Source: Podospora anserina
Lineage: Eukaryota
DNA: 64,000 nt
Direction: 5' to 3'
NCBI GenBank assembly: GCA_017654855.1
Contig: CM030335.1
Span: forward strand, 1,674,001 to 1,738,000
The position numbers and the translations under genes were made by a program. The notes under the pieces are model-generated. The model had not been told where the DNA came from and did no database searches. It saw nothing but the letters and a program-made list of their open reading frames with translations. Positions 1-12,254 of the stretch are shown piece after piece (the first letter of the stretch is position 1; each line of letters starts with the position of its first letter).

Positions 1-1056
1 TGTGTTGAGAACATTGAGATATAAAGGAGTTGGTGGGTAGTATCCGTCCCAACTATGTTAGTGGTTTCTCTGCCACCTTGTTGGCCTCAAAATTGCATCA
101 GAATGCGGATGCAGTTGAATAACACGCTAGTCGTCAAACTCATGATTACCCTAGGCAGGTAGGTTTATTGTCTCTTTATTCATGGTTCATGGATTCCCAA
201 TTTGCTTTGTAGCGTGTGTTTAATGATTTCCTTCCCCAATCCCTGACTGCTATACGTATACAGTCTGTCTGTTGGCTATATGGGAATGAGTTGGACCTGC
301 TCTTCCTGTTGAGGGGGAAACGTAAACATTGGCCAAGGCCTGAGCGAAAAATGTTTATTCAACCTACAGAGTATGACAATGGCACATTACCCGGTTCGTG
401 CGACTGGCCAGAGCATCTGGATTAGAGTTGTAAATTCGTCTCCATGCTCCCATATATCTTGTGTTAAATAGGTGCACTCAGACCAATACAATCGAGAAAA
501 GTTCATCAATTAGTCCATTCTACTCATAATACACAAACATAATCTTCCTTGAAAAAGAACTTCCCAACGTCCTGTTTCCGTCACCGCTGGCTTCCTTAAC
601 CAAAATCAACACAAATCAGAACAAAAATAGCGGGTATCAAATAAGTCCTCAAACCATTCCCTCCAAGCCAACAATCAACTCCATTCCCTTCCCCTTTCAA
701 CGCAAGTAGCATCGCTCGAGTACTCAATCGACGAGAAATAAATCCCTTCTCCACCAGGACACTAGTAGGTTTTATGCCGCTAGTGTAGCCCTAGTGACTA
801 GCGGTTGGTGATGTCATCTTCCTCTGATTTTCAAGAGGGGATGAAGTGGGCAAAGATATCGAGGGGAGAGGTATGATGTGAAAAGGTTTCGGTGAGGTGT
901 TGGTGAGATCGAGGTCACGGGGCTGTCCCGTGATGTGACTCCTGGCTGGCGAGGGGCGAGTGGTGTAGGGTGTAGTAAGAAAGAGGCGCATTGAGAGCGC
1001 TGTCCTCATGTCAAGGCTTCCACCGGGGAAGATGACTGTATCGAGGTGACTGGCGC

Positions 1057-1158
1057 TTAGACGCACTCGCCGCATTGGGGGTGCTGGCAGTGGACACAGG
1101 AGTTGCTGATGACGAGCATAGCTCCGCACTGGCAGCAGCGAGGTTGGTAGGCAGACAT
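1057..1158 (-). CDS. 33-aa Cys/His-rich micro-protein, putative metal-binding (MSAYQPRCCQCGAMLVISNSCVHCQHPQCGECV)
   Basis: Manual translation: ATG at 1158 with A at -3, TAA at 1059-1057. Pattern CCxC-x9-CxxCxHxxCxxC (7 Cys, 2 His). TATATA at 1317-1322 lies about 160 nt upstream. Too short for the ORF track. Confidence 0.6.
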   Translation of the reverse strand: MSAYQPRCCQCGAMLVISNSCVHCQHPQCGECV

Positions 1159-1329
1159 TATGGAGGTGTTTGCAAGGGTACTAGCTCGAGGCTGCGATGC
1201 TGAACAGAGATTATGTTTGTCTTGATGTTTGAGCAGATGGCAGGACTGGAGCAGTGATGGTAGGGAAGAGAAAGAAAAGAAGTGCAGCCTAGCTACACGG
1301 TTGGGGGCTACCGAGCTATATACTGAAAC

Positions 1330-3010
1330 TCAAAGGTCAGGACTGCCTTGGGGTGGCAAGTTTCCCCGGAAGGTGTGGGCGTTTGGGTGATGGCTTGGAG
1401 GTCGAGGTCGCATGACCACAACGAATAGGAAGCCAGGCTGAGGCCGGTTTCCGGAGAAGCGGGAGATGACTTGGGGTGTCTTTGTTCCCCAGGCGCCCTG
1501 TTGACCGAGAATTGTCTTGGAAAACACCCTTGGATCAGCAGCTTTTCTCTGGGGAAATCGTGAGATGGACCTCAAAGAAGGTTCAAAATGGCCTGGTGCG
1601 AACTGCAATGCCTCCCACAGTCCATGCAGTGCATCCCCTGGCTGCAGTAGCTTGGGTGTGATCGAAGCTTCCCCGCAGCTAATCAAGCTCTCGGGATTGG
1701 CTGCGTCACCAGACTGTCACCAATCAGCGAAAGCCATGAGCTTTCGAGATTTGGTAACGTTTTGTTTCGTGGGGGCTGCCGGAATCCCCCGGAGCGACAC
1801 CATCACCACCCTCACCATTCCCAGCCCTGTGGTTCGCCGCCGTCGTGGCCGGCAACTTTCTATTGAGTGGGGGATCGTCCGAATAGGGAAGAAACGACCC
1901 CGAAGACCCTGTGGGACACACGGTCAAAGAAACGCACTGACGGGACTGACGTGGGTGGTGTATCCGATGTTGAGTTGCCGCTGAAAAGATGCCGCCTCGA
2001 CAATTCCTTTGTCTGTAGGACATGAAGCTCTCATTCTGGGCCGAGAACTGTCGACACGATTATGAGAGAAGCGGGAATGCTGGGAAACTGAGATGAAGCA
2101 CTGCAGCTCCGATGGGGAGAGATACACGTGGCTCAAACACATGTTCGGCGGCTCCCAAGCGTCGGTGACCGAATCAGCACGAAGGAAGAGGGCAGACTTG
2201 TTGCATCTCTTAGAAACCGAGATGCTGGAAATGGCAATGAAGTGAAGTAAGGTGGAATGTGGAGATTGGCTGCCACCCAGCCGGGCTCGAAATTCCAGCC
2301 ACACGCAGTTGTGTGGCAGGTGGCGGTATGCTCAGACAGTCTCACTCCACTAACCCACCACAAGGCACACACGGCCAACCGTGCCAACCCACACAACAGA
2401 GGCAACTCGCAGGATTCGACCCAGGAAGTGGAATTAAAAAGTGCTCCAATCACCCGCCGAGGCATTCTCGTTGGCGTCTCATCCCTCCAGATCTTTTGAC
2501 TTGGGGTGCCTGTCTTTTCCAATTGCTTGAACAATGCTCAGATGCTAAGAATTAATGCCGATTAGGTTTGCAGGAATTCCCGAGGGGGCAATTCGAGGTC
2601 CGAGAAGTCGAGGCCGCATTTACAAATTTGGCTGGTGTTGTCGACGGCTCCCTCGACGTGGCAACGCCGCAATGCCCGCCAACACTTCACCAGCCTCTGC
2701 AAAGGAGCGGCCAGGCCCGGCCACGATGAGGACAGCACTACGAGTCAGCCGCCGCATCTCACCGCATCTCCGTTTCCCGAGTATGATGGAACAATAGCGT
2801 TCGGAGCTGGTTCCAACCGGCACTTTGAAGGCAGCATTTCAGCCACACGGCGGAGGAATTCGAGGTAGGCTGTGCTGCCGTATATCCGCCAGCAACAGAA
2901 TTCCTTCTATGAATGGCTTTTGGCAGTGGGCAATCTCGAAAGCCGTCATCCACTTCGCGGTGGGTCATGCGAGGACTTCCTGACACATGAAAGCGGCACA
3001 AGGCATTCCT
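1330..3010 (-). pseudogene. Possible decayed gene relic, family unknown
   Basis: Protein-like fragments in shifting minus-strand frames (e.g. YGSTAYLEFLRRVAEMLPSK, LFLRADSVTDAWEPP, DALHGLWEALQF) broken by stops. No recognisable domain. Confidence 0.25.
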
Positions 3011-3326
3011 GATGGCCTCCCGGGATAGGGGCCTCTTGTTTATAGTGATCCTCTAGGTATTCAAAGAAGCTTTATAACCATCTCACTTTTGACGTTGCAC
3101 GTTCAGTCCTCATCTCACCATTCAGACGCCGTCAGCAACTCGACATTGGTAGCCTGCAGCATCTACTCAGCCAGTGATACATACCTCTTTTGATCCTACT
3201 GATCCTCCACCTCGCACTCCTATTTAGGCCGCCTTTGCGTTCGGTTCAACACTTTGGGAACCGGGAATATACCTCCTGACCTCACCTACACACAGAAAAG
3301 CTTTTTTTTCCAGCTCAACAATCATC

Positions 3327-5884
3327 ATGGTCCGAATCAATCTTTGTAACTGGGGAAGGACGCCTAGTGCCTCGAATTCGACACTACCCCTGAGAACCCG
3401 AGAGAAGGAGGAGCTCCCAAGATCACAATCGATGCTTCAGATCCACCCTCTTGAGACCGAAGATGGTGTATTAATCAAGATTGACCCACCCAAAGAACCC
3501 GAGCTTGAAGACTTACGAGAACGAAACCATGTGCCTCTTGATTTGGTCCTCTCGATCGATGTGTCAGGCAGCATGGGTGCAGATGCACCTGTTCCAGCAA
3601 AGAACGGCACAGAAGGAGAGCATTATGGCTTGTCGGTGCTGGATCTTGTGAGGCACGCAGCCAAGACTATCTTGGAGACATTGGACGATCATGACAGGTT
3701 GGGGATTGTGACGTTCAGCACCAGCAGCAAGGCAAGTTTACGTCTGTGTGCGCCTTAAAGACCTCAAGACTAACAACTGAAAACAGGTGGTTCGAGAACT
3801 CACATACATGACACCAGCCAACAAGGCCAAGATCCTCAAGCAGCTTGATGCGTTACAGCCGTTATCCATGACCAATCTTTGGCATGGTATCCGTGATGGC
3901 CTCAGTTTGTTCAATAACAATCTCAAGGCAGTCAATGACCGTCGCAACCCTGGCAGTGGCCGAGTACCGGCCTTGTTAGTTCTCACAGATGGCATGCCGA
4001 ATCACCAGTGCCCAAATCAGGGATATGTCGCCAAACTCAGGCAGTGGAGTACCCTTCCTGCCTCCATTCACACTTTTGGATTTGGGTATAGCTTGCGATC
4101 TGGTCTGCTCAAGTCGATTGCCGAGGTCGGCGGTGGCAACTACTCCTTCATTCCAGATGCCGGCATGATTGTAAGTTTTATTATCATTTGGTTTGAATTC
4201 AGAGCACTAACGAATCCAGGGAACTGTCTTTGTACATGCTGTCGCTAATCTCCAGTCAACTTTCGCAACCAATGCCGAACTCCAGCTCACCTACCCAGCG
4301 CCGCTGGAGCTCAGACAGACAACAGGCGATGCCGTGGAGAAACAACAACCATTTTCACCATCTGGGGACGACTCTCCCAATAAAACTCTCTACATCTCCC
4401 TCGGCAACCTCCAATACGGCCAATCCCGAGAAATCTACCTCAGCTACAACTGCACCTCAGAGTACATCAAGTCCGTCAAGAACAGAAAAAGCTCTACCCC
4501 GCTCCCAACCATCACAGCAGTCCTCAAATTTCACGAAGACACCCACTCCTTCAACCCCAACCAACCCACCCGTCTCACCACCAAACGCAACATCACCGAC
4601 CACTCCGTCTCCCTCCCCCCTGCCGAAATAGCCTACCACATCTCCCGCTCCTCCCTCATCTCCTTCATCTCCAAGTTCTTCCCCCTCGACTTCGAAAACG
4701 AGCACCAACCCCTCTCCGACCTCCCCGACGACATCCCGTCCCAACTCACCGCCCTCGTCAACTCCCTCCCCGCCGTGAAATACACCACCACCCACCCAGG
4801 CTGCAAATCCCTCCTCATCGACCTCTGCGGCCTCAACATCGACCCCTTAACCACCCCCCCCTCATCCTGGACCGGTCAGATCGCCCTCGCCCTGACAAAC
4901 ACGCAATATTACTTCCGCTGGGGAAAACACTACCTCCCCTCCCTAGCCGGCGCCCACGCCCGCCAAATCTGCAACACCTTCAAAGACGCCGGCCCAAAAC
5001 AATACGGAGCCCACTCCCCTTTATTCATCACCTGCAGAGACAAACTAGACGACGCGTTCGACCACCTCCCCCCCCCAAAGCCGAGCAATGCCCTGCCACC
5101 AGTCTACGCCCGGTACACCCCCGCCTCCGATTCCCCGCCGGCGTACGACACCCAGGATTATAGAGACGAAGGCTGGAAGTGGGGCAGCGGTGGTGGCAAC
5201 AGTGGTGATGTATACAACACCGCCAACGTCACAATCAACATGTCAGATTACAATGACGAAGAAGGGGCTTGTTTTGCCGGTTTCACCCTCGTCACGTTGG
5301 CAAACGGCAACAGCGTCAAGATTGGTTCTTTGCGAAGGGGGGCAAGGGTGTTGACTCCGAGGGGGGGGAGAAAGGTTGCTGCGGTGATGAAAACCCCCGT
5401 GAGAAGAATGGGGATGACAGTTGTTCAGGGGGGACGGCAAAGGTTTTTGGTTACGGGGTGGCATCCTGTTAGGGTTGGGGAAAAGTGGGTGTACCCGCAG
5501 GAGATGAAGGCGGGGGGGAGGGTGAGGTATACGGGGTTTATTTACTCTGTTTTGCTTGAAAGGGACGACGACGTGGAGGCGCATGCGATGATGTTGGGTG
5601 GGGGAGGGGTTTGGGGGGTTACGTTGGGGCATGGGATGACTGGTTCTTCGACCGCGGGGGATGATGTGAGGGCTCATGGGTTCTTTGGGGATTATGACAT
5701 GGTTGGGAGGGCGCTGTCGGGGCTGCAGAGACTGGGTAATGGGTTGGTCCTTGGAGGTGGGGTGGTGAGAGATCCGGTGGATGGGTTGGTGAATGGGTTC
5801 AAGAGGGCTGTGGTCACTCGGACGCCAGGGCCTGTTGCCAGAGGGAGTTGTGGGAAGCAGAGGAAGATGATGTTGTACGCTTAG
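3327..5884 (+). CDS. VWA-Vwaint-Hint (Vint) protein; exons 3327-3731, 3787-4170, 4220-5884
   Basis: VWA MIDAS motifs DVSGSM and LVLTDGMPN, plus IHTFGFG. Vwaint-like YFRWGKHYLPSL..AH..QICNTFKD. Hint start CFAG (Cys codon 5270), block B TGWH, C-terminal VTLGHG..AHGFFGDY. Introns GC-AG 3732-3786 and GT-AG 4171-4219, both with CTAAC branch sites, restore the frame. Confidence 0.9.
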
Positions 5885-6249
5885 CATTTTGTATCAACAG
5901 CACATGCCTAAGTAACACTTATCTTGTATTTAAATAAATATATGTCGTCATTATCAACACATGGTCAGAATGTTGACAGGTGGTCAATGCTATGGAGCGT
6001 AACATGTGTGTTCAATTTGCTAGTTATCGCAAAACAGAGTTTTGATACAGCTCATGGTCAACAGATCTGTATAGGTATGACGCTACCGCATATCCCATCC
6101 CAATCTGCATCCTTCAAGGTAGGTATCCTTCAGTCAGAGATAAGATAGGTTCCCCACTTGAATCTGCTCCTCCCATTACTAGATCACCATATCCCTTCCT
6201 TGATATTGTAACAATCCATAAACATGGTCAAGCGCTGGAGTATCTTTAG

Positions 6250-7181
6250 CTACTCTCGCTTCCCATATTTCTCTGTGAGGTGATCGAGCAGCTCCTCGCC
6301 CGTCCTGAACTCCCAAGCATCGCTGCTCTGATCGCTGTTCACAATCGCCTCGACAGCATCAGCAATATCCCAAAAAGCATCGCCGTCAAGGAAAAACAAG
6401 ATGTAGCAGATCTTGACCTTCTCCGTTTTGAAGGTGTCTGGCTTGTCGCTCCAGGCGCGGGTGATGTCGCGTTTCCAGAGCATAAAGTTGAAATACCGAA
6501 CATACTTGTTAGGCTCGGAGCCATCAAATCGGGTGGGCTCTTTGGCGGTTTCTTTCTTTTCGGTACCGGCCATCTCTTGATCGGACTTTGTGTCACTGGC
6601 TTCGAGGTCGGCAACCTTTCTCTTCAAGTTGCTGATCTCATGATTCAGACTGGCATTCTTGTTCTTCAAATCCCGAATTTGCTTGTTGGAGTATCCAGCC
6701 AGCTCATTCCAGATTCCAAGCAGGCTACCCAGGCCGCCAGGACGAGCAATGTGAGGGTGGTGGATGTTGACTCCCAGATGCTGGAGGACGTCGAGCCTGG
6801 AGAGGACCTCGGGTTGGATCTCGAGGGTGGCATAGATGTTCTTGTAGAATGGCAGCGCTTTTCGGAGTTCATTACGGACGTCGGCGATGTCCTGAGTGGA
6901 CCAAGACACTGCATTTAATTGGGAGGAGAAGGATTTTGGGGTACCTCTGGGAACAGAGACGGCGCGATTGAACGGGGCTGGGCTGGTGATGGTAGAAGGG
7001 GACCCAAAAGACACTTGAACATGAGGGGCCAGCGAATTTGGGGAAGGGGTGGGGGAGGGGTCGCGCTGGTGGAAGACATCACGGGATTGGCTTGGGAATC
7101 GACGGCGCCTTGAGGACAGTTCTCAGTCCTGTTGCTGGGAGGCGTTTGGAATCCGTTCAGGGGCTTCTGGTCAGAGGCCAT
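6250..7181 (-). CDS. Retrotransposon Gag (capsid N-terminal)-like protein preceded by a coiled coil; 5' end uncertain or frameshifted
   Basis: C-terminal ~95 aa PTRFDGS..F..W....F.TEKVKI.YI..L.GDA...F.T.EELL..L...YG resembles Ty3/gypsy Gag capsid N-lobes. The long frame (6250-7014) has no ATG until 6573. ATG 7181 (MASDQK) is in a different frame that stops at 6915. Confidence 0.55.
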
Positions 7182-7816
7182 CGTGACAGTCAAATTCAAC
7201 ACACGCAAGATGTTGAGCGAGAGAATCGTAGCAGAGAGAAGATGGAAGCCGGGAAATGAGTGGATTCAACCATGATCAAGCGCGTCACTCTTAAACGGAA
7301 GGAACGATGCTCAGACAATAAAGTTCGTGAGGCAGCTAGCTACCAGCCATACTCCGTATGGCCTTCACACTCTGACAAAGGCATGGATGGTACCTCATTT
7401 TGTCTAGATAGTCATTCATCACAATTCCATTCTTATCCAAAGTAATCTGGCGCAGAGAATACTGACGGGATCTCTCCAGAATCAGAGCTGTGGATGCTTT
7501 TGCAAATAACAGCATGGTGTTGTTGCAGCTCCTTCCTCGGTGTTGATGATGTTGCAGAGTGACAGGGTGCAGGGTGAACAGCTGCTTGCCAACTGGTCTC
7601 CACCCCGGCTGCCGCACAGGCCATCTGCGCCGACTGCCCCACTTCCTCTGGTGCGGGCCAATCTGAATTTCACACCGCTTTCATAGGGTTTTCAAGCCCT
7701 GCCAAAAATTTGGTGAGCGCCCTTCGAGCAGAGCCACCTCCCAAATTGCATCTTGCACGACCGGTGATACTTTCGACAACAGAGGGACCAGAGGGGCTTG
7801 ATCCACAACATTCACA

Positions 7817-8839
7817 ATGGTGAGTACCCTCGTTGTTGCAAACGACGGCATCATCGATTGCTGCCGTCGATGGCCCAATTGCTGTTTGTCGATTTACTGA
7901 CCGAGTCTCTTCGAAATCCAGGCGATCAAGCACAACCAGCAGATTCCCAACAACCGTAAGCAATATCCATCTACACATCCCAGTCCAGCGACCGACAGAG
8001 ACTCCGACGAGACGATGACGATGCCAAACCCGGGCTACGAAGATTTTGGAGGAACACAGCGACTGACATCGAATTTCAGATTTCCGCAAGGATTGGCAGA
8101 GGCGCGTGCGGTGCCACTTCGACCAGGTTCGTAATTATTGATCGAGCTGGGATAGCGGCCGATAATCTCGAAAACACATGGGAACCTCAATTCTGACGTG
8201 ATGGAAAATATAGCCCGGCAAGAAGGTCACCCGCCGTCTGGCGCGCCGTGCGAAGGCTGCTGCCGTTGCCCCTCGCCCCGTCGACAAGCTCCGCCCCATC
8301 GTCAGATGCCCGTGAGTTTACTCCAGCAGCAACGGAGGAATGTGTAGTGGAGGATGTGGCCTAACGAGATTCTGTGCAGCACCATCAAGTATAACCGCCG
8401 GACACGCCTCGGCCGTGGTTTCTCCCTCGCTGAGCTCAAGGCCGCCGGTATCCCCAAGCTTTATGCTCCCACCATCGGCATTGCCGTCGACCCCCGCCGT
8501 GCCAACCTCTCCGAGGAGTCCCTTGCCGCCAATGTCGAGCGCCTCAAGGCCTACAAGGCCCGCTTGATCGTCTTCCCCCGCAAGTCCAACAAGGTCAAAA
8601 AGGCCGACACCCCCAAGGACCAGCAGTCCGGCGAGACCGTCAAGACCATTGCCTCCGCTTTCGGTCTTGGTGCCCCTCTTGCTCCTGGCTTCACCGAGAT
8701 CTCCAAGAGCGACCTCCCCAAGAACGTCGAGGGCGGTGCCTACAAGGCCCTCCGCAAGGCCAGATCCGATGCCCGCCACCAGGGCATCCGCGAGAAGCGC
8801 GCCAAGGACAAGGCCGACGAGGAGAAGGCCAAGAAATAG
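7817..8839 (+). CDS. RPL13: 60S ribosomal protein eL13; exons 7817-7819, 7922-7955, 8080-8126, 8214-8311, 8380-8839
   Basis: Spliced translation MAIKHNQQIPNNHFRKDWQRRVRCHFDQPGKK...[28 protein letters not shown]. Four GT-AG introns. Strong codon bias. Confidence 0.97.
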
Positions 8840-9397
8840 GCGTCTGGTTCTTCTTTTTGTGTTGGGGTGCAACGGTTAGGAATGATTCCCTGAGGTGTTC
8901 ATTGGGCTGGTTCTGCTGGTCTGCATTTCTGCTTTTCCCGGTATCCCGGACGGGAACAATAAAACGTTCTCTCTCCATGGCTGTGTAGTTCGGGGGCAGA
9001 CCCTCGGGTTCGGGCAGATAACACGCATCATAGGGATTTAGAGCATTCACAAAATGAATGGACAAAGGGAAAAAAAAGCATGATTGATGGCCACACATGA
9101 TTTTCGGGTGATCAGCGGTAATTGACTGGGTTTTTCTACAAATAATGGTTCAGTTATGAATGCTGTTTACATGTTTCGCTGTTACAACGCTGTACAGGTT
9201 GTCCCTCTGGAGTTTACTGCCACTGATATACCTCCATCAACTCTGAACAGTCACACATCCAGGCTTTATACGAGATAATAGAAGCGTCCCCCCTCAGGCA
9301 AGCCAGACGGGGAGTTCGACCCCCAAGTGTTCACCTCCAACATGGTTCCAGGCGTGGGAGGTCTCGAGGACATGCGCACATATCCCCCAGGTACCTC

Positions 9398-11766
9398 CTA
9401 CACCTGGCTCGTCCCCTCCCTATCCTTCACCACCAACTCCCCTCCTCTCTCCAGCACGGCCTCGACCAGCCTCCTCCTAGCAGGTGACATCTGATCTTTG
9501 AACATCCCTAGCAACATAGCCATCAGCACCAGGGCATTCTCCCTGTCAACCTTGACCATCCTCTCCGGCTGCTTCTGCGCCTGGGCGTCAGCCTGCTGAG
9601 GTTCCAGTCCCAACCCCTGGACCAACTCCGTAACTTCCTTTGTCTCTTTCTCCTCATCATTCTTACCCTGCTTCTCCTCTTCAATCTCTTCCACTCTGTT
9701 GTCACCAGTCCCAAGAAACTTGCCCACCATCTCATCATCCCCCGTCGCAGCCTTCACAATCGCCTTCAAAACCCCCTCTTCCGCTGCCGTGTCTTCCACC
9801 ACCTTGAGCACCATGTTGGACCCCTCAGGGTGTTGACTCGCCATGAGCGCCAAAACAGTAATTGCATCCGACCTGACAGACGGCCACTTTGCCTGCGTGA
9901 GCATCGTCGTAAACGACCCAGCAATAATGTCCGAGTGTGTCTTGTAGAACTCCTCCAGCTCCCCCGAGGACCCCAACACCCCAGGATCCTGAGACAAGAC
10001 TCTACAAACCGCCGAAACCACCACCCTGGCAGCCTCAAGCTTGGTAGGATCCTCGTTTGGAGAGCCAGTAGCCGAGCGGTACAACAGGTCAAGGTTCGTC
10101 CTGTATGTTGCCGTCTCCCCCTGAGAAGATGACTCCGCTGAAGCCAGGCCGTTCTCATCCTTTTCGTCAGAGGCAATCGACACCGGCTTGCAAACCAACC
10201 TCACATTCTCCCTACACCCCACAAGCAACAACCTCCCCAAGCTCACAGCAGCAAACATCATACTCGGCTGACTATTCCCAAACCCCTCCCACAACCCAGC
10301 CAAAGTCCCACTCTTCAACAACATCTCCCCCAACACCGGTTTATTCGCCGCCGGGATAGCCAAGTTTTTTGTAAACCCCAACGCAGCATGCGTCAGCTGC
10401 AAGCTCGGCCGCTCTCCCTGCCTCACCTTCCCGGGGACTGACCTCCCCAAAATTTTCACCACCCCTTCACCAACTCTCGGCAACAACTTCTTAGTCGACT
10501 CATCACTCCTCCCCAAATTCCCCAACGCCAAACAAGCCGCGTTCTGCAACTGAGGGAACTTCTCCAATTCCAACCACCCCACCAACGTCCCCACCTCCTC
10601 ACTATCAATCCCATACACATCCCCAAACCCTTCCACGTCGGTAATATCCGCAAAGAGCGTCACAAATCCATGCTGAACTTGCTTCAGCTGCTCCTTCGTC
10701 TCCTCTTCTACATCCTCCCCCGCGGTCTCAAACCTGATATACGACTGCAAAAACGCTTCTTGCAATAGACTAAAGTGCTTGTTTTGGATAAAAAACACCT
10801 GGAGGCCTCTATTGACGAGGTAGGAGAGGGCAGAGGTGCAGATCGACAAGAAGATTTCCCGATCGAGGGGGGACGAGAGGCGGTTCTCTTTGTTGATGGC
10901 CAGGGTGAGGAGGGCGGCGGGGGTACGGGGGTAGCAGATTTTGAACTCGGATGCTACAAAGGGGGGGTGGCGGTTAGCTGGTTGTTATGGGCATGCGAGG
11001 AAGGGGGAAAATACCATGGTTTGTGAGGAGTTCAAGGACGGTCATGATTTGGGTGAGGTGGGCCTCGCATGCTCGGAGGCGTTCGCCGGAGATGAGGTCG
11101 ATGAGGACTTTGCTTAGCGCTGCGTTGGAGACTTGGAGTTGGGCTGAGCCTAGGAGGAGTGTTAGCTCATTGATAGGGATAGAGAGGAAGGGGAAGGGGA
11201 AGGGGAAGGGGCTTACTGTAATCTACGCAGACGTTGAGCATGGTGATGACGGCAAAAGGGAGAAGGTGGTCCTCAGAGAGAAACATCTTGAGCATGTTTG
11301 TCAGCTTGCCAGAGGCGACCACGACCTTTCTGTTCTCATCTAGACCGTTTGTCAGTACCAGGTTCACTTTGCACATGATGTGAAGTAGCCACTCACCATT
11401 GTCAACACAGGCATTGCCAATAACCCTCAAAGCCTGTTTGTTGAGTGGATGAGACCCTTGAAAGACACCGTCATAGTAGACGGGAACAGTGTCCAGAAGG
11501 AATGACAGAAGCCCCGACTTCCCAATGACTTCTCTCCATGATGCTACTCACAAAGTCAGCAACGTCCCAGAAATATGAGCTTTGCAAAAAAACTTACGGT
11601 CTCTAGCAGCAACAGCAAATTGACCAGAAATGCAAGCGAGCGCATCTCGATCGGCGCGTGGCAAAAGTGTAACCAGCTTTCTCAGCACTGCTTCCCAGAA
11701 TTTCGGCTTCTCCCCGGGGTCGCCCTTGAGAATGAGGGCAACCTGCTCTTCCAAAGGGAGAGGCAT
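9398..11766 (-). CDS. Armadillo-repeat protein, SmgGDS/Bem4-like small-GTPase regulator (multi-exon)
   Basis: ARM-like segments ALRVIGNACVDN, AACLALGNLGRSD, AALGFTKNLAIP. Several short GT-AG introns between 10.9 and 11.7 kb. Confidence 0.6.
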
Positions 11767-12254
11767 CTTGGTGATGATTCTGCGGCGGATGTGATAAACA
11801 CTTATTAACGAATGTAGTGGGATGTAACTGATACCCAAGACTGATTGGTAAGATGTCGATACGGCTTCACTGGTGGTGATGCTGGGCTATTGTTATTAGA
11901 AAGAGAAGAAGTGAACAGGCAGAGGTTCAGCCCTCGTTTGCTTTCACTCAATTTGGTAGGGTCCAACTTCATCAGAATGGCAGTTGAAGGTCAGTTGTGA
12001 CTTCCCAACATTCAACAAGTGCAGTCACGGTGAGCAATGTGGTCCGTGCACATGACATTTGGGGCGTTGGCCACTTCCCCCTTTGTTTGGTGGATCTTGG
12101 ATTATGCACCATCACGACGGCAAAAAGACTGACAAAACAGACACAATTCTCATGTTGTTACATCGACACCTGAGTTTTGTCTACATTATACATGCTACAC
12201 AGGGATATCCTCAGCGGTAATATACACACAGCAACCCAGCAGGTTCCGGCAGCT

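Noticed and set aside
6915-7070. Canonical -1 slippery heptamer joining the two Gag-like frames
   Set aside because: CCCAAAA and CCCAAAT exist but are not phased X XXY YYZ in the upstream frame. The only intron-like GT..AG there (36 nt) does not reach the Gag frame.
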